Positions 27,260-40,384 are shown, numbered from the whole stretch's first letter. The stretch is DNA of 63,852 nt, filler included, from Octopus bimaculoides (GCF_001194135.2; 5 parts of 5 records of this genome joined end to end with filler, not necessarily neighbours in it), one strand, 5' to 3'. Notes: a model not told the origin generated them from the letters alone. Translations and numbers: made by a program.

Positions 27260-28380
27260 GGTTAGACAAAATAATGGGAGCACCTTAAAATTACAACGAA
27301 ATTTATTTTAATATCGGGTAGGACCGCCTTTGGCAGTAACTAAAGCTTGCATTCTACGAGGTATGGACTCGTACAAAGTTTGAATTGTTTCCAAAGGAAT
27401 TTTTGTCCATTCTTCAGCTAAAACAGTCTCCAGTTCTTGTAGTGATGATGGTGGAGGATATTGACTCCTTTTTTTTCTAAAATGCACCGTAAATGTTCAA
27501 TAATATTGAGGGCTGAGGACTGTGGTGGCCAGATAATATGTTCGACTTCACTAGAATGTTCTTCGTGCCATTCAGTAACAACTTTAGCTGTGTGAATTGA
27601 TGCACTATCATCCTGAAAGATTGTGTTTCCCTCCGGAAGCAGTTCTGCAACCATAGGATGAAATTGATCAGATAAAAGGCTTAAATAGTCTTGACTATTA
27701 ATTGTTCCTCGAAGGGAAACCATTGGGCCAGATATACCGCCCCCCACCAGATCATCACAGATCCTCCTCCATGTTTGATGGTTGGAAGAAGTCTGTCTGG
27801 GTCAGATGCTTCTTTTGGATGTCTCCACACGTATAATCGGCTGGTGATCGGAAATAAGGTAAAGGATGACACGTCCGAGCAAATAACATTCTTCCACTCC
27901 TCTAGGGACCAATTCTGTAGGTTTTTTTTACTTCACCCTTAACGCTTTGCAACGTTGGCTTTTGAAAGTAGTGGTTTTCTGATTGTAGCCCTCCCATGAA
28001 ATCCAGCTTTGTGTAGCTCCCGGCGAACAGTTTTTGTGGAAACTTGGTTCTCGAGATGGTCATTAAGCTCTGCAGTAATCTTGAGAGCTATACTTTTGTG
28101 ATCCTTTCTAACAATTCGCGTAAAGAGTCCGACACTCCCTATCTGAAAGTTTTGGTTTTCTGCCGGAGTTTTGTTTCGACGAGAAGATTTTTCCTTCTTT
28201 TTCAAAGACTGTCATTACTTTCGAGACAGTCTTGATAAACCAAACATTTCGGCTGTTTTCGTTACGCTAGCGCCTGCCAAATGAGCACCAACAATTTGCC
28301 CTCTTTGAAAGTCCGATAGGTCTGTCATTTTAATGAATTTTAATGACTTTTTTCTGATGATACCTGAAAAGAAACAGCAA
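27256..28380 (-). mobile_element. Tc1-like DNA transposon with DD36E catalytic spacing; frameshifted, 5' end in gap
   Basis: TA then terminus CAGAGGTTAGACAAAATAATGGGAGCACC at 27256. Transposase pieces about 28328 to 27308: MTDLSDFQRGQIVGAHLAGASVTKTAE, VSTKTVRRELHKAGFHGRATIRKPLL, ICSDVSSFTLF, KHGGGSVMIW, FQDDSASIH..WPPQSSALNIIEHL, AKGGPTRY*. Confidence 0.9.
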
Positions 28381-29121
28381 NNNNNNNNNNNNNNNNNNNN
28401 NNNNNNNNNNNNNNNNNNNNNNNNNNNNNNNNNNNNNNNNNNNNNNNNNNNNNNNNNNNNNNNNNNNNNNNNNNNNNNNNNNNNNNNNNNNNNNNNNNNN
28501 NNNNNNNNNNNNNNNNNNNNNNNNNNNNNNNNNNNNNNNNNNNNNNNNNNNNNNNNNNNNNNNNNNNNNNNNNNNNNNNNNNNNNNNNNNNNNNNNNNNN
28601 NNNNNNNNNNNNNNNNNNNNNNNNNNNNNNNNNNNNNNNNNNNNNNNNNNNNNNNNNNNNNNNNNNNNNNNNNNNNNNNNNNNNNNNNNNNNNNNNNNNN
28701 NNNNNNNNNNNNNNNNNNNNNNNNNNNNNNNNNNNNNNNNNNNNNNNNNNNNNNNNNNNNNNNNNNNNNNNNNNNNNNNNNNNNNNNNNNNNNNNNNNNN
28801 NNNNNNNNNNNNNNNNNNNNNNNNNNNNNNNNNNNNNNNNNNNNNNNNNNNNNNNNNNNNNNNNNNNNNNNNNNNNNNNNNNNNNNNNNNNNNNNNNNNN
28901 NNNNNNNNNNNNNNNNNNNNNNNNNNNNNNNNNNNNNNNNNNNNNNNNNNNNNNNNNNNNNNNNNNNNNNNNNNNNNNNNNNNNNNNNNNNNNNNNNNNN
29001 NNNNNNNNNNNNNNNNNNNNNNNNNNNNNNNNNNNNNNNNNNNNNNNNNNNNNNNNNNNNNNNNNNNNNNNNNNNNNNNNNNNNNNNNNNNNNNNNNNNN
29101 NNNNNNNNNNNAGATAGATAC

Positions 29122-29165
<44 letters not shown>

Positions 29166-29239
29166 AAGGTAGATAGATAGATAAAAGGTAGATAGATAGA
29201 TAGATATACACTCATACATCTCTGTAAATTAATCTATTG

Positions 29240-29278
<39 letters not shown>

Positions 29279-30159
29279 TCACTCTCTTCACACATCAGTA
29301 CTTACACAAACACTCACACACATATTTATCTTTCCTTATTATCTCCTGACTTGATAGACTCAACTCGTTTGAACACCATTTAAACAACATAATCGAAGTC
29401 AAGCACGAATACAAGTGTGTTATAATAATTATGTGTGATATGATCTTTGCTGTTTGATACATGTCTCTGTGTATATTTGTGTGTGTCTGTGTTTGTGTGT
29501 GTGTGTGTGTTTGTGTGTATGTTGGTGTACATGTGCCAGTGTGTATTTGTGCTTAGTGTTTGTGTTTGTGCATATGCGTGCGTATGTGCATGTATGTGTG
29601 TTTGTGTTTGCGTGTATGCCTGTGTGAATTATGTTTGCGTGTTTGTGTGTTCGTGTATGTGTGTATGTGCTTGTGTTTGCGTGTTCCTGTGTATCTGTGT
29701 GTGTGTGTGTGTGTGTGTGTTTTCCTCTAAGTGTATGTTCTTTTGTTCGTGTGTGTATTTGTGTGTGTGTATGTATGTGTGTGTTTGTGTCCTATCAACC
29801 CATGAAAAGCCTAAATCAATGAACTAATATAATAGCAATCACACCGAACTCACGATTGTTTGGAACGGATCAAAATTTACGATGGCAGGGACACGCCAGA
29901 ATGACGATGATGATGATGCAGTCTAGTGATGTAGGAGGGATTTAAATAATAAAATATATTATTTTGCCGTGATCAAGAAGAGGGAAAATTTCATCTCTAT
30001 CTCACTCATTTACTGGGTCCTCCTTGAAATTTGAACTTGTTTTTGCTTTTGTCTTCCTTCGAAACAATTCATCTTCGACGACTTCATATTTATTTTCCGT
30101 TGTGGGAATCCGTAATTATTTTCCCCCGGTCTCATCTGTTTAAGCTTTCATATTCTTTT

Positions 30160-30615
30160 CTACTCTAGGCACAAGGCTCGAAATTTTTTCTGGTGGGGGG
30201 GGGGGCAGTCGACTATTTCGACCTAAGTACGCAACTGGTACTTAATTTATCGACCCCGAAAGGATGAAAAGCAAAGTCGACCTCGGCGGAATTTGAACTC
30301 AGAGCGTAAAGACAGACGAAATACCGCTAAGCATTTCGCTCGGCGTGCTAACGTTTCTGTCAGCTCGCTGTCTTTTTATGCTTTCATGTTAAAGCTTAAA
30401 ACTTTATGTTGGTTTCTAATTTTGGCACAAAGCCTGGGATTTCGGTGGAGGGGGTCTTGTCTTAATGTTCTGAGTTCAAATCCAGTCGAGGTCGGCTTTG
30501 CCTTTCATCCTTTCGGAATCGATAGAATAAGTATCAGTTGAGCATTGGGGTCGATGTAATTGATTTAACCGTCTTCCCCGTAATTACTGGCTTTGTGCCA
30601 AAGTTTGCAATCTTT
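30160..30615. mobile_element. SINE family C: minus copy (30160-30370) and rearranged plus copy (30410-30615)
   Basis: cgaccccgaaaggatgaaaagcaaagtcgacctcggcggaatttgaactcag and its complement. Confidence 0.8.
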
Positions 30616-30993
30616 ATTGACATGACATAAACACGCGCGTGCGCACACACTCACGCACATATATAATATACTGAGAACAAACTCATCTACAACTTAATTT
30701 TACTTTGAAACACAGATAGATAAATAGATAAATAGATAGATAGATAGATAGATAGATAGAGAGTGAGATACTGAGAAAGTGAGAGGGAGAGAGAGGGAGT
30801 TTGGGAGAAGGAAAAGCTGAAAAATTTAATAATGGTAATAAATCTAAAGTTATGAGATCAGGTGTTCTTAACACTGTAACTTTTTCAGATAACACTATTA
30901 AGCGTCTGTTTTGTAGCGAATTTCATACATACATAAATACGCACACACGTACACATACATGCATACACATATACACAACCACAAAGAAATATA

Positions 30994-31214
30994 TACAACG
31001 GAGTGCTGAGAAGTTCCTGGCTTTAAAAGTACCACGAAAAGCCTGGTTGGAGGCCCAAACGTCTGAGTTCTTTTATAGAGCTTAGAAAAACTGAAGGATC
31101 GCTGCAATAAGCGTGTGAATCTGAGAAGGGAATATGTTGAGTAAAATCATAATTAACTGATCCTTCTGTATTTTCTTCCACCTAAAGCTAAGAAATTTTC
31201 AGTACGCCCTCGTA
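30994..31214 (+). mobile_element. Internally deleted mariner derivative (MITE-like, ~220 bp)
   Basis: TA-bounded imperfect TIRs tacaacggagtgctgagaagttcctggcttta / taaagctaagaaattttcagtacgccctcgta. Interior keeps a transposase C-terminal remnant similar to EFFYR(G)LEKLKDRCNKRVNLRREYVE*. Confidence 0.7.
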
Positions 31215-31416
31215 TGTATGTATATATATGGCGGACGCTTTCTTCGCTTCGACGAATTAGGATTCAACAAAACACTCGTTATCTTGGATTACTGAACAAC
31301 CTGCATGATGGTTATGATTATAGCGAGCAGGATTTCTGCAGAGCTACTCCCACTTTCTTGTCCCTCAAACTTGTGTTGGTCAGGTTCAACAAGTGCTATG
31401 AACACAGTAGTTACTA

Positions 31417-31466
<50 letters not shown>

Positions 31467-31729
31467 GGGATTAATTTAACTATTTTTCTATAGATTAAAA
31501 AAACAAAACAGCCTCAATCAATTTTCGAACCTTACTGAATTGTCATCAGAGAAGCCTACACTTGGTTGACCAATCCCAGCTAAACGAGCAGACAATCTCT
31601 TTATATACTCACTAATTCCAGTAGCTCTGGGAGACTGGTGTTACTAATTTGTATACCGTAAATGTTAATTCATTTTTAATACCAGGGGCCTGACGACGAG
31701 GATCTCAGCACACAATATCAAGGTATGAT

Positions 31730-31955
31730 ATTTATTTCTTTATTGCCCACAGGAGGTAAACGTAGAGGGACAAACAAGGACAGAGAAAGGAATTAAGTCA
31801 AATACACCGGCCCCAGTGCGTAACTGGTACTTATTTAATCGACCCCGAAAGGATGAAGGGCAAAGTCGATCTCGGCGGAATTTTAACTCAGAAAAGACGA
31901 AATACCGCTTAGCATTTCACCCGGTGTGCTAACGATTCTGCCAGCTCACGGCCTT
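31730..31955 (-). mobile_element. SINE family C (long-tail variant) with target-site duplication
   Basis: Family core present. Flanks atcaaggtatgatatt (about 31717) and atccaggtatgatatt (about 31956). Confidence 0.8.
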
Positions 31956-33629
31956 ATCCAGGTATGATATTACACACAATATCCAGGTATGATATAATAT
32001 ATGTATAAATAAGGATAATTTAGCTATTTCTCAGTAGATTGAAACAAAGATGTACAGCCTGAATCGATTTTCGCAGTTTCCCCTCAATCAGATTCACTCG
32101 CAAAATATTGGTCGACTTGGATGTGTAGCAAGATATATCAGATCAAAGGGCCGTACAGTGGGACTGATTCAAAAGTCGATTCATCACTTATAGAACAATT
32201 AATTCTCTTCCATTGCCACTTCATATTCATTCTTATTATCATCTTCACATTAGTAATATATATTTTACAATCTAATTAACAAGCAATAGAATTTCTTAAC
32301 TTGTAATTACTGAAAGCCAAAGTATTGAAACAATTTGAACAATTAATACCTAGAATAATCTTTTTCTTTATTTTCTGTCTTCCCATCGTTAAAACTTCAA
32401 TATTTATTAAATGAATCAATCAACCCCTTAAAATCAAGTCTTTCTTTGCAGTCACGTGGTTGCAAAACAAGTTTTTTAATCACATGGGTTGGCCTGCACC
32501 CTATATATCTTTAAGTGAATTTCGATTTAAGCTGTATCTTCTAAGATACAGGCAATAATCTAAATATATATTAATCTTCTTAAACGTTGTCTTTAAGAAA
32601 TCAATAGTAATTAATATTTTGATCGTGTTCGATTTTACTCAACCTCATTCTTTCTCCCTAATGAAAGCCATTGTGTAAATTATTAGCTATTTTCTTTTTA
32701 ATTGACACAAATGGATTACACGAATGGCATGTGCTTATTTAATCTAAGTTCTGAGGAACCTTTCGATGTATATTTATCTATATTATAATTATGCTTGTTC
32801 GTTCGTTCACACATTACACTATAGTTTGTTTTAGAGAGAGGAGGAGGTGGAGTGAGTGAGAGGTGGAGTGAGAATGACAGAGAGGGAGGGAGGGTGAGAG
32901 AGAAAAAGCGAGAGCGGGAGAGGGAGTTTGAAAGTGTGAGAGAGGGACAGAGATTGTGTGAGATAGCAGATAACCAGCCGATGCATTACGCTATCACGTG
33001 ATTAGAGGAAGTGAAGGGGTGAAGACAAAGAGAGAGAAATGATAACGACATGGTTAAAAGGTTTGTTGAAGTAAGAGGTAGAAAGAAGAGGGAGAGAGAG
33101 AGAGGGAGAGAGAGAGAGAGGGAGAGAGAGAGAGAGGGAGATAGAGAGAGAGAGAGAGAGAAATATCGGGTAGGNNNNNNNNNNNNNNNNNNNNNNNNNN
33201 NNNNNNNNNNNNNNNNNNNNNNNNNNNNNNNNNNNNNNNNNNNNNNNNNNNNNNNNNNNNNNNNNNNNNNNNNNNNNNNNNNNNNNNNNNNNNNNNNNNN
33301 NNNNNNNNNNNNNNNNNNNNNNNNNNNNNNNNNNNNNNNNNNNNNNNNNNNNNNNNNNNNNNNNNNNNNNNNNNNNNNNNNNNNNNNNNNNNNNNNNNNN
33401 NNNNNNNNNNNNNNNNNNNNNNNNNNNNNNNNNNNNNNNNNNNNNNNNNNNNNNNNNNNNNNNNNNNNNNNNNNNNNNNNNNNNNNNNNNNNNNNNNNNN
33501 NNNNNNNNNNNNNNNNNNNNNNNNNNNNNNNNNNNNNNNNNNNNNNNNNNNNNNNNNNNNNNNNNNNNNNNNNNNNNNNNNNNNNNNNNNNNNNNNNNNN
33601 NNNNNNNNNNNNNNNNNNNNNNNNNNNNN

Positions 33630-34790
33630 CTCGTTGGTGGAAATCACCCGATTTCGACTCGAAAAATTGATCCAACCAAGCTCTCAGTTTTGCATCAGTA
33701 TTGAACGAAACTCCGCGCATAGCATTTGAAAGAGATCGAAAGAGGTGGAAATCCCTTGGTGCCAAATCAGAAGAGTACAGCGGGTGTGGCAGCACTTCCC
33801 AGTCATGCGTTTGAATGGCTTCCTTGGTCATATTGGCGATATGAGGGCGGGCGTTGTCATGCAGCCGAAAAACTCCATGCTGCCGATTAGGTCTTTTCTC
33901 TTGAATAGCAGTGTTCAGTCGTTCCATCTGTTGAACAAACAGTTCCGCGTTGACCGTTAGGTTTCGTTCAAGCAATTCATAATGGATAATCCATTCGCAG
34001 TCCCACCATACGCACAACGTCGTTTTACGCGGATGAAGATCTTGTTTCACGCGCGGTGTCGCTTGTTTACCGGGGCTACGCCATTCCTTACGCTGCTTCA
34101 TATTGACGTACAGGCACCATTTTTCGTCGCCAGTAACGATTTGGTAAAGAAATCGTTGCTTGTGTCCACAAGTTGAGCGGTAATGAGCAAGCAAACTAGC
34201 GGAGATTGTGGCTCGTTGATTTTTGTTGTTGTCACGTAAAGCATGCAGAACCCATGCTCCATACTTCTGAACCTTTCCCATCGAGTGAAGATGCTTCTCT
34301 ATAGCAGTGTGGGAGCATTCCATTTTCTCTGCCAGTGCCCTTGTCGTTTGATGAGAATTTTCGGGCAAAAGTTGGTTTAATCGCTCTTCATCGAAGTCAA
34401 CTAGATGGCCAGAACGAGGTGTGTCTTTGAGGTCAAAATTTCTATTTTTGAACTTGGCATACAATCACGAGCGGTTCTTTCAGCTATGGCACCCTCTCCA
34501 TACACAGCAGAAACGTCGCGAACAGCTTTTGCGGCCTTAGAACCTTGATTAAAAGGAAAAAAGAAGGAGGTGTCGAAAATGCTCGTTTTTCTTAACTTGA
34601 CATTCTATTTTAATGATCTGAAAATAAACGAAAATTAACTAAAATTAACTAGAAAAAACAAAACAAAACAAAATAGATTCCAAAATGATTCAAAAATAGA
34701 ATTCTCGAAAAAAATAGATTCCAAAATTTACAAATGCAATAAATTTCAAAATTTAAAAAAAATGGCGGGAACTTAGTTGGCAACCCAATA
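33630..34790 (-). mobile_element. mariner (DD34D) transposon, mellifera-subfamily-like TIR; defective, 3' end in gap
   Basis: TA+TATTGGGTTGCCAACTAAGT terminus at 34790. Transposase about 34608 to 33630 with start ATA and N-terminal frameshifts. IVTGDEKW, CVWWD, HDNARPH-34-YSSDLAPRD. Confidence 0.93.
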
Positions 34791-35019
34791 TATTAAAGTG
34801 TTTAGTAAAAGGAAGTTTTAAAATCGTATATTATTTTGATTCTCCTTGAATTTTCGGATATTCTGAAATTATTTTTTTGTTATCATGGAGTAAGTATGCT
34901 CTGTATACAGTCTTTTAAAATACTGTCTCCATGCGTCGTAATTTTCGATACGTTATATGTCGTTTTTATCTATACCCTAGCGCCTTTCTGGAACATTTGT
35001 CATAAGACATTATGATGAT

Positions 35020-36410
35020 GGAATTTGTTCAAGAAACCGATTTGGTTTATGTCTAATACTATACAGTTTGTTTCATCTGAACTTGTAAGGGTCCCGTTAA
35101 ATTAGACACCAACACTACCATCAAGGAACTTGGCCCACAAGAAACATAAATACCTGGGAATATATGTAAGAGATGGCATAAGTCATGCCATTATGAAGGA
35201 AACATACGAAAAGAGCACTGAAGGAGAATAAGACTTGTTCTGAAGACTGAACTCAACTCTAAAAATCTCATCGAAGCAATTAACACCCTGACACTTCGAG
35301 TATCCCAGTAATCCAAAACCATTAACTGGACTCCTACGCAAGGACAGGAAGACAAAGAAATTATTGGCATCTAATAACATCCACAAGCCTAAGGCAGACG
35401 TTGACCGTCTGTACCTACCTAGAAACAGTGGGCAATGATGCAATTAGAATTATGTTATAAAACCTGGATTGTGGGAATAAAAAGATAGTTATCTATTACA
35501 GAGGACTGGATTCTGCAGTTTGTGTAAAAAGATGAAAGCAGCAAAAAGTCGTATTCTATTGTCAAGGAAGCTTGTAAACTTGCTAGGGAGCCTAACGTTA
35601 ACCCTGAATTAAATGAAGAACCTGGAACTACTGCTACCAAACAATCAAAACAAATCGAATAGACTCTTCAAAATACGGACAAAACAAATTGAGGCACGGT
35701 GGAGCCACAAATCCCTGCATGGACATTATATCCTTCGAAGTCACAATGCTGATGTTGAACAAGCAACATCCCACCAGTGGCTAAAGAGTTCAGAAATGAA
35801 AATAAAAACTGAAGGCTTCATACTGGCAGCACAAGACCAAAGCTTCGTTTACCAGAAATTACCGAGCAAATGTTCTTATATGCGGTGCTGACCCAAAATG
35901 TAGATTCTATTACACATTTGGTGAAACAATAGGCCATCTTGTTTCAGGCAGCTCTGTACTAACAGCATACGAGTATGAAAATCGCTGCGATAGGGTTGGA
36001 CAGTATTTACATTGGAACATATGTGAGCACTGTCAAATCGACATTCCTGCCTACAGTGGTTTAAGATAAAGCTGTTAGCATTCTTTGGAATTTTCAGGTC
36101 AATACTGACTGAAAAATCCAGGTTAATCGACCAAACAGGGAAGAAAATATTTGCAGACTGATAGATGTAAGTGTCTTCACTGATGAAAATATATCTGTAA
36201 AGGAATTTGACAAACTTAGTAAACATAAGGAGCTCAGAATTGAAATACAAAAGATGTGGCATCTGAAAGCAAAAACTGTTTCTATTATTTTAGGTGTCTT
36301 TGGTATGATAAAAATGGGATATCAGAAACATCTAGACAACACAGGAAAACCATATTTCAAAAGATTGTGTTGTTAAATACCGCTTACATCCTTTAAAAAA
36401 TCCTATCAAT
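35020..36410 (+). mobile_element. Decayed R4/Dong-like RLE LINE (post-RT to RLE)
   Basis: RIRLVLKTELNSKNLIEAINT, HKPKADVDRLYLPR, KSLHGHY, TEGFILAAQDQS, ENISVKEFDKLSKHKELRIEIQKMWHLK. Confidence 0.9.
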
Positions 36411-38300
36411 TAAAATGTTTGTGTTTTGTGTTGTATTACATGAATGCATTTCTGTACGGTCTCCTCTATTTTCTCTCCCACACTTCTACACACAGTTAAA
36501 CAATTTAGTGATGATATGCAAATGGAACTTGGGCTTGACAAATGTGTCAAGGCTACATTTACCAAGGGAAAACTACGAAACGCATGCAACATAACTCTGG
36601 ACAGAGACACTCAGACAAAAGAATTACGACTTTAAGGCAATTATAAGTATCTAGGACTGTGTGAAAGAAATGGGATTAAACACTCAATAGTGAGAGAAAA
36701 GATATGGAAGGAGGGCTACCGAAAAGTAAAAGCCATTTAAAAAACCAAGCTTAATTGAGGCCATAAGCACATTGGCCATTCCTGTAATCACTTACAGCCT
36801 CAATATTATATACTAGTCTCTCCTTCAGATCAGCAAAATTGATGTCAAAATACGAAAGCTGATGATAATGCAGCATAAGTATCGCTGAAAAGCAAACAGA
36901 CCGAATATACCTCTTGAGAAAAGAAAGCAGTAGTGGGGTTAATACAATCTCGATTATCATTGACTTTCTGCCTACATGGAAGCAGCATACAACTGGATGC
37001 TAAAGCTGGTTCTAAAACATGAAGACATAAAAATGTTGCACTCATGGACGAAAAACGCGAAAATATACCTGTGAGAAATGCAGCTAGACGGACCAGTATC
37101 TGAAGAGAATGTGTCCCCACCAGAGAAGGCAAAACGAATGAAAACCTTAGTCAAGCAAACCAACTAGAATTCAGTGTATTAAGAAAAAAATGGGTGTAAA
37201 GGCTGCATGGTAAACATCAGACTAGAATTAGGGACCCTGGTGTAGATCAAGCCCTTGCTCAACAGTGTTTTGGTTCAAACCAGAAACTGAGGGGGTATCT
37301 CATTGCTGCTCAGGACCAATCCCTTGCAACTAGAAGTTACCAGAGTAATGCCTTGAAATATGTTGCATATGCGGAAAGCACCGAGAGGCAATCGACCTTA
37401 TAATCTCTTGATTACTTACAGAATGCTTACAAAGGCGTGACAGGCTAGCTTAGTACATACACTGGTCAACATACTGCACCTACAACCCGACTCACTGAAA
37501 CGATTGGTGGGAATAAAAGCCACCACAACTTGCCATGGTTACTATTTTAGTGTTCAAACTGATCGGGAAATACAGGCAAATCGATCCGATCTCATTGGGT
37601 CTTCTGATTGATGGTGCAGCCCCAGTTGACAAAAACACATCTCAGAAAACGTTTGAAAAACTAAACAAATACTGCAGATTAAAATCGGACGAATGTGACA
37701 TCACAAAACATCAAACCTTACGTATTATTCTTTTCTACTCGAGGCACAAGGCCTAAAATGCTTGGGGAGGAGGTCAGTCGATTAGATTGATCCTAGTACA
37801 CAGCTGGTACTTAATTTATCGACCCCGAAAGGATGAAAGGCAAAGTCGACCTCGGCGGAATTTGAATTCAGAACGTAAAGACAGACGAAATACCGCTAAG
37901 CACTTCACCCGGCGTGCTAACGTTTCTTATTTCTTTACTGCGCACAAGGGGCTACACACAGAGGGGACAAGCAAGGACAGACAAAGGGATTAAGTCGATT
38001 ATACCAACCCCAGTGCGTTACTGGTACTTATTTAATCGACCCCGAAAGGTTGAAAGGCAAAGTCGACCTTAGTGGAATTTGAACTCAGAAAGTAGCGGCA
38101 GACGAAATACCGCTAAGCATTTCGCCCGGCCTGCCAACGTTTCTGCTAGCTTGCCGCCTTAACAACCTTACGTATTATTACAGGAGTATTTCGAATTATA
38201 TCAAGAGGCGCAAACAAATCTCTGGCAATCCCAAAATAAGCGAACTACAAAAGATCACAGTTAAGGGTACATCACATATTCGACTTGAATTCCCCCCGAT
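36410..38300 (+). mobile_element. Second, more decayed R4/Dong-like LINE interrupted by a SINE dimer
   Basis: TVKQFSDDMQMELGLDKCVKATFTKGKL, NYKYLG, EGYLIAAQDQSLATR. Resumes after 38180 with ISGNPKISELQKITVKGTSHI. Confidence 0.8.
37730..38163 (-). mobile_element. Head-to-tail SINE family C dimer with a 16-bp TSD
   Basis: Two family-C cores. AACCTTACGTATTATT at 37714-37729 and 38164-38179. Confidence 0.85.
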
Positions 38301-38504
38301 GTACATGCAACCTTACTAGTTCTGTGTTTTTTTTTTCTCTCATAGACATCAGTGTTTTCAATTGCATGGCACCTCACCTTGTAACATCTTCAGCTGCAAA
38401 ACCTGTCTCTTCACGTATAAATTAAAGCAAAAGCAAAATATAACAACAGCAACAACGATAACAACAACTAAAACAACAGCAACAACAATAATAATGATGA
38501 GAAG

Positions 38505-38505
38505 C

Positions 38506-38539
<34 letters not shown>

Positions 38540-38665
38540 GAAGAAGAAGAAGAAGAAGAAGAAAAAGAAGAAGAAGAAGAACAAGAAGAAGAAGAAGAAG
38601 AAGAAGAAGAAAAAGAAAAAGTAGAAGATGAAGAAAAAGAAAAAGAAGAAGATGAAGAAAAAGAA
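38505..38665. repeat. Compound (AAT)n-(AGA)n microsatellite
   Basis: Directly visible. Confidence 0.95.
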
Positions 38666-38929
38666 CTGGTACTTATTTTTATCGACTCCGCCAGCTCGTC
38701 AATAATGCATATGGTCTCTCTTGCTGCTTTGACGAATAAAGGCTCAGCAAAAACAAGACAGTTACTCTATGGCAGCCTGTGTGCAAGGTAAAATCTGTAG
38801 ACTCCCAATAGTATCTTCTATCTGTCTTCGCCACTTCTTTCCCTATTGTCACTGGACTTATGAAGAAAGTGTGACGGTGTTGGTGCTGCTGTCGTGAACA
38901 CGGTTTATAATGGCATGGTTTATGTAGGG

Positions 38930-39690
38930 CCAATTCCATTCTCTCGTCTTTCATATTGGTCTGATGCAACAAGTGTCACGAGTCCGGTAGTTATCAGGAG
39001 GCAGGATTTGTAGGGTTTTAATTAACCCATAGCTGAGATTCTGACAGATGCTACTTCTTCGGGTCAAAGTAAACCTGACAACAATAGTAGCTAAGAGGTG
39101 GTTCCATACTCCTCAAAACCCTGGAACCTTCGAAACAGGGATCCACTATCAGGGATCCACCATCACTGACTCACTACCAGGTGGCAGTTGCGACACAAAC
39201 TATAATATGGCATTAAACTAACTGTAATATAATTATTAATTTGTGATTCACTCTATCTATCGTTTTCTCATATCAATGTCTTATCTGGTGCAACAAGTGT
39301 CCGGGGTCCAGCAGCTATTAGGAGGGAGAACTTCTAGGGATTTACCTTATTTTAGACGAGAAAAGATTAAAAAAGCCTAAGCTCTTTATCTGCCCGGGGT
39401 TTGTTGGTATGTTTGTGGGTGACATTTTCCAGAAGGGAATTCCATAATATGGTAATTAACCGTTAGAGGACACCGTGACATGTGCTACTACACCGAGTCA
39501 GATTAGGCCTGGCAATAATAGAAGCTGAGAGGGTTTATCTACACTTTACAAAACCCATGAACCTCCGAACCAAGGACCCACTATCAGATGGCAGTTACGG
39601 CACATAATCTAATGATATGGCAATAAACTAACTGTGATGTAATTATTTATCTGCGATTCTCTCTATCTTTCGTTCTCTCATATCAGTGTC
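38930..39690 (+). repeat. Diverged tandem duplication, unit ~350-420 bp
   Basis: tctg(a/g)tgcaacaagtgtc at about 38965 and 39285. ggatccactatcag..tggcagtt.cg.cac..tatggca.taaactaactgt.at.taattatt..ctctatct.tcgtt.tctcatatca.tgtctt at about 39140-39280 and 39575-39690. Confidence 0.7.
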
Positions 39691-40325
39691 TTGTTTTAAA
39701 GCGGAGATATTATTTATGTCTGTGTCATATCGCAACTCACCATCTTTAGCCGGCTCTATTCTTCACTGAACCGTATAATCTTCAGAGAAGTTGCTCTCTT
39801 GCGTCTATTTCCACCTCGCCCTCTCTCTCCCCTCTATCCTCTCTCTCACCCCCTCTCTCTCTACCTACCTCTCTCTTTCTACACATACACACACGCATAC
39901 ACACACATACACACACACATGAACCTGTATATATATATATATATATATATATATNNNNNNNNNNNNNNNNNNNNNNNNNNNNNNNNNNNNNNNNNNNNNN
40001 NNNNNNNNNNNNNNNNNNNNNNNNNNNNNNNNNNNNNNNNNNNNNNNNNNNNNNNNNNNNNNNNNNNNNNNNNNNNNNNNNNNNNNNNNNNNNNNNNNNN
40101 NNNNNNNNNNNNNNNNNNNNNNNNNNNNNNNNNNNNNNNNNNNNNNNNNNNNNNNNNNNNNNNNNNNNNNNNNNNNNNNNNNNNNNNNNNNNNNNNNNNN
40201 NNNNNNNNNNNNNNNNNNNNNNNNNNNNNNNNNNNNNNNNNNNNNNNNNNNNNNNNNNNNNNNNNNNNNNNNNNNNNNNNNNNNNNNNNNNNNNNNNNNN
40301 NNNNNNNNNNNNNNNNNNNNNNNNN

Positions 40326-40384
<59 letters not shown>

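Noticed and set aside
32986-34464. 492-aa mariner ORF as an intact or fused protein
   Set aside because: The length is inflated by a 455-N gap and (CT)n. The true start is mutated and frameshifted.
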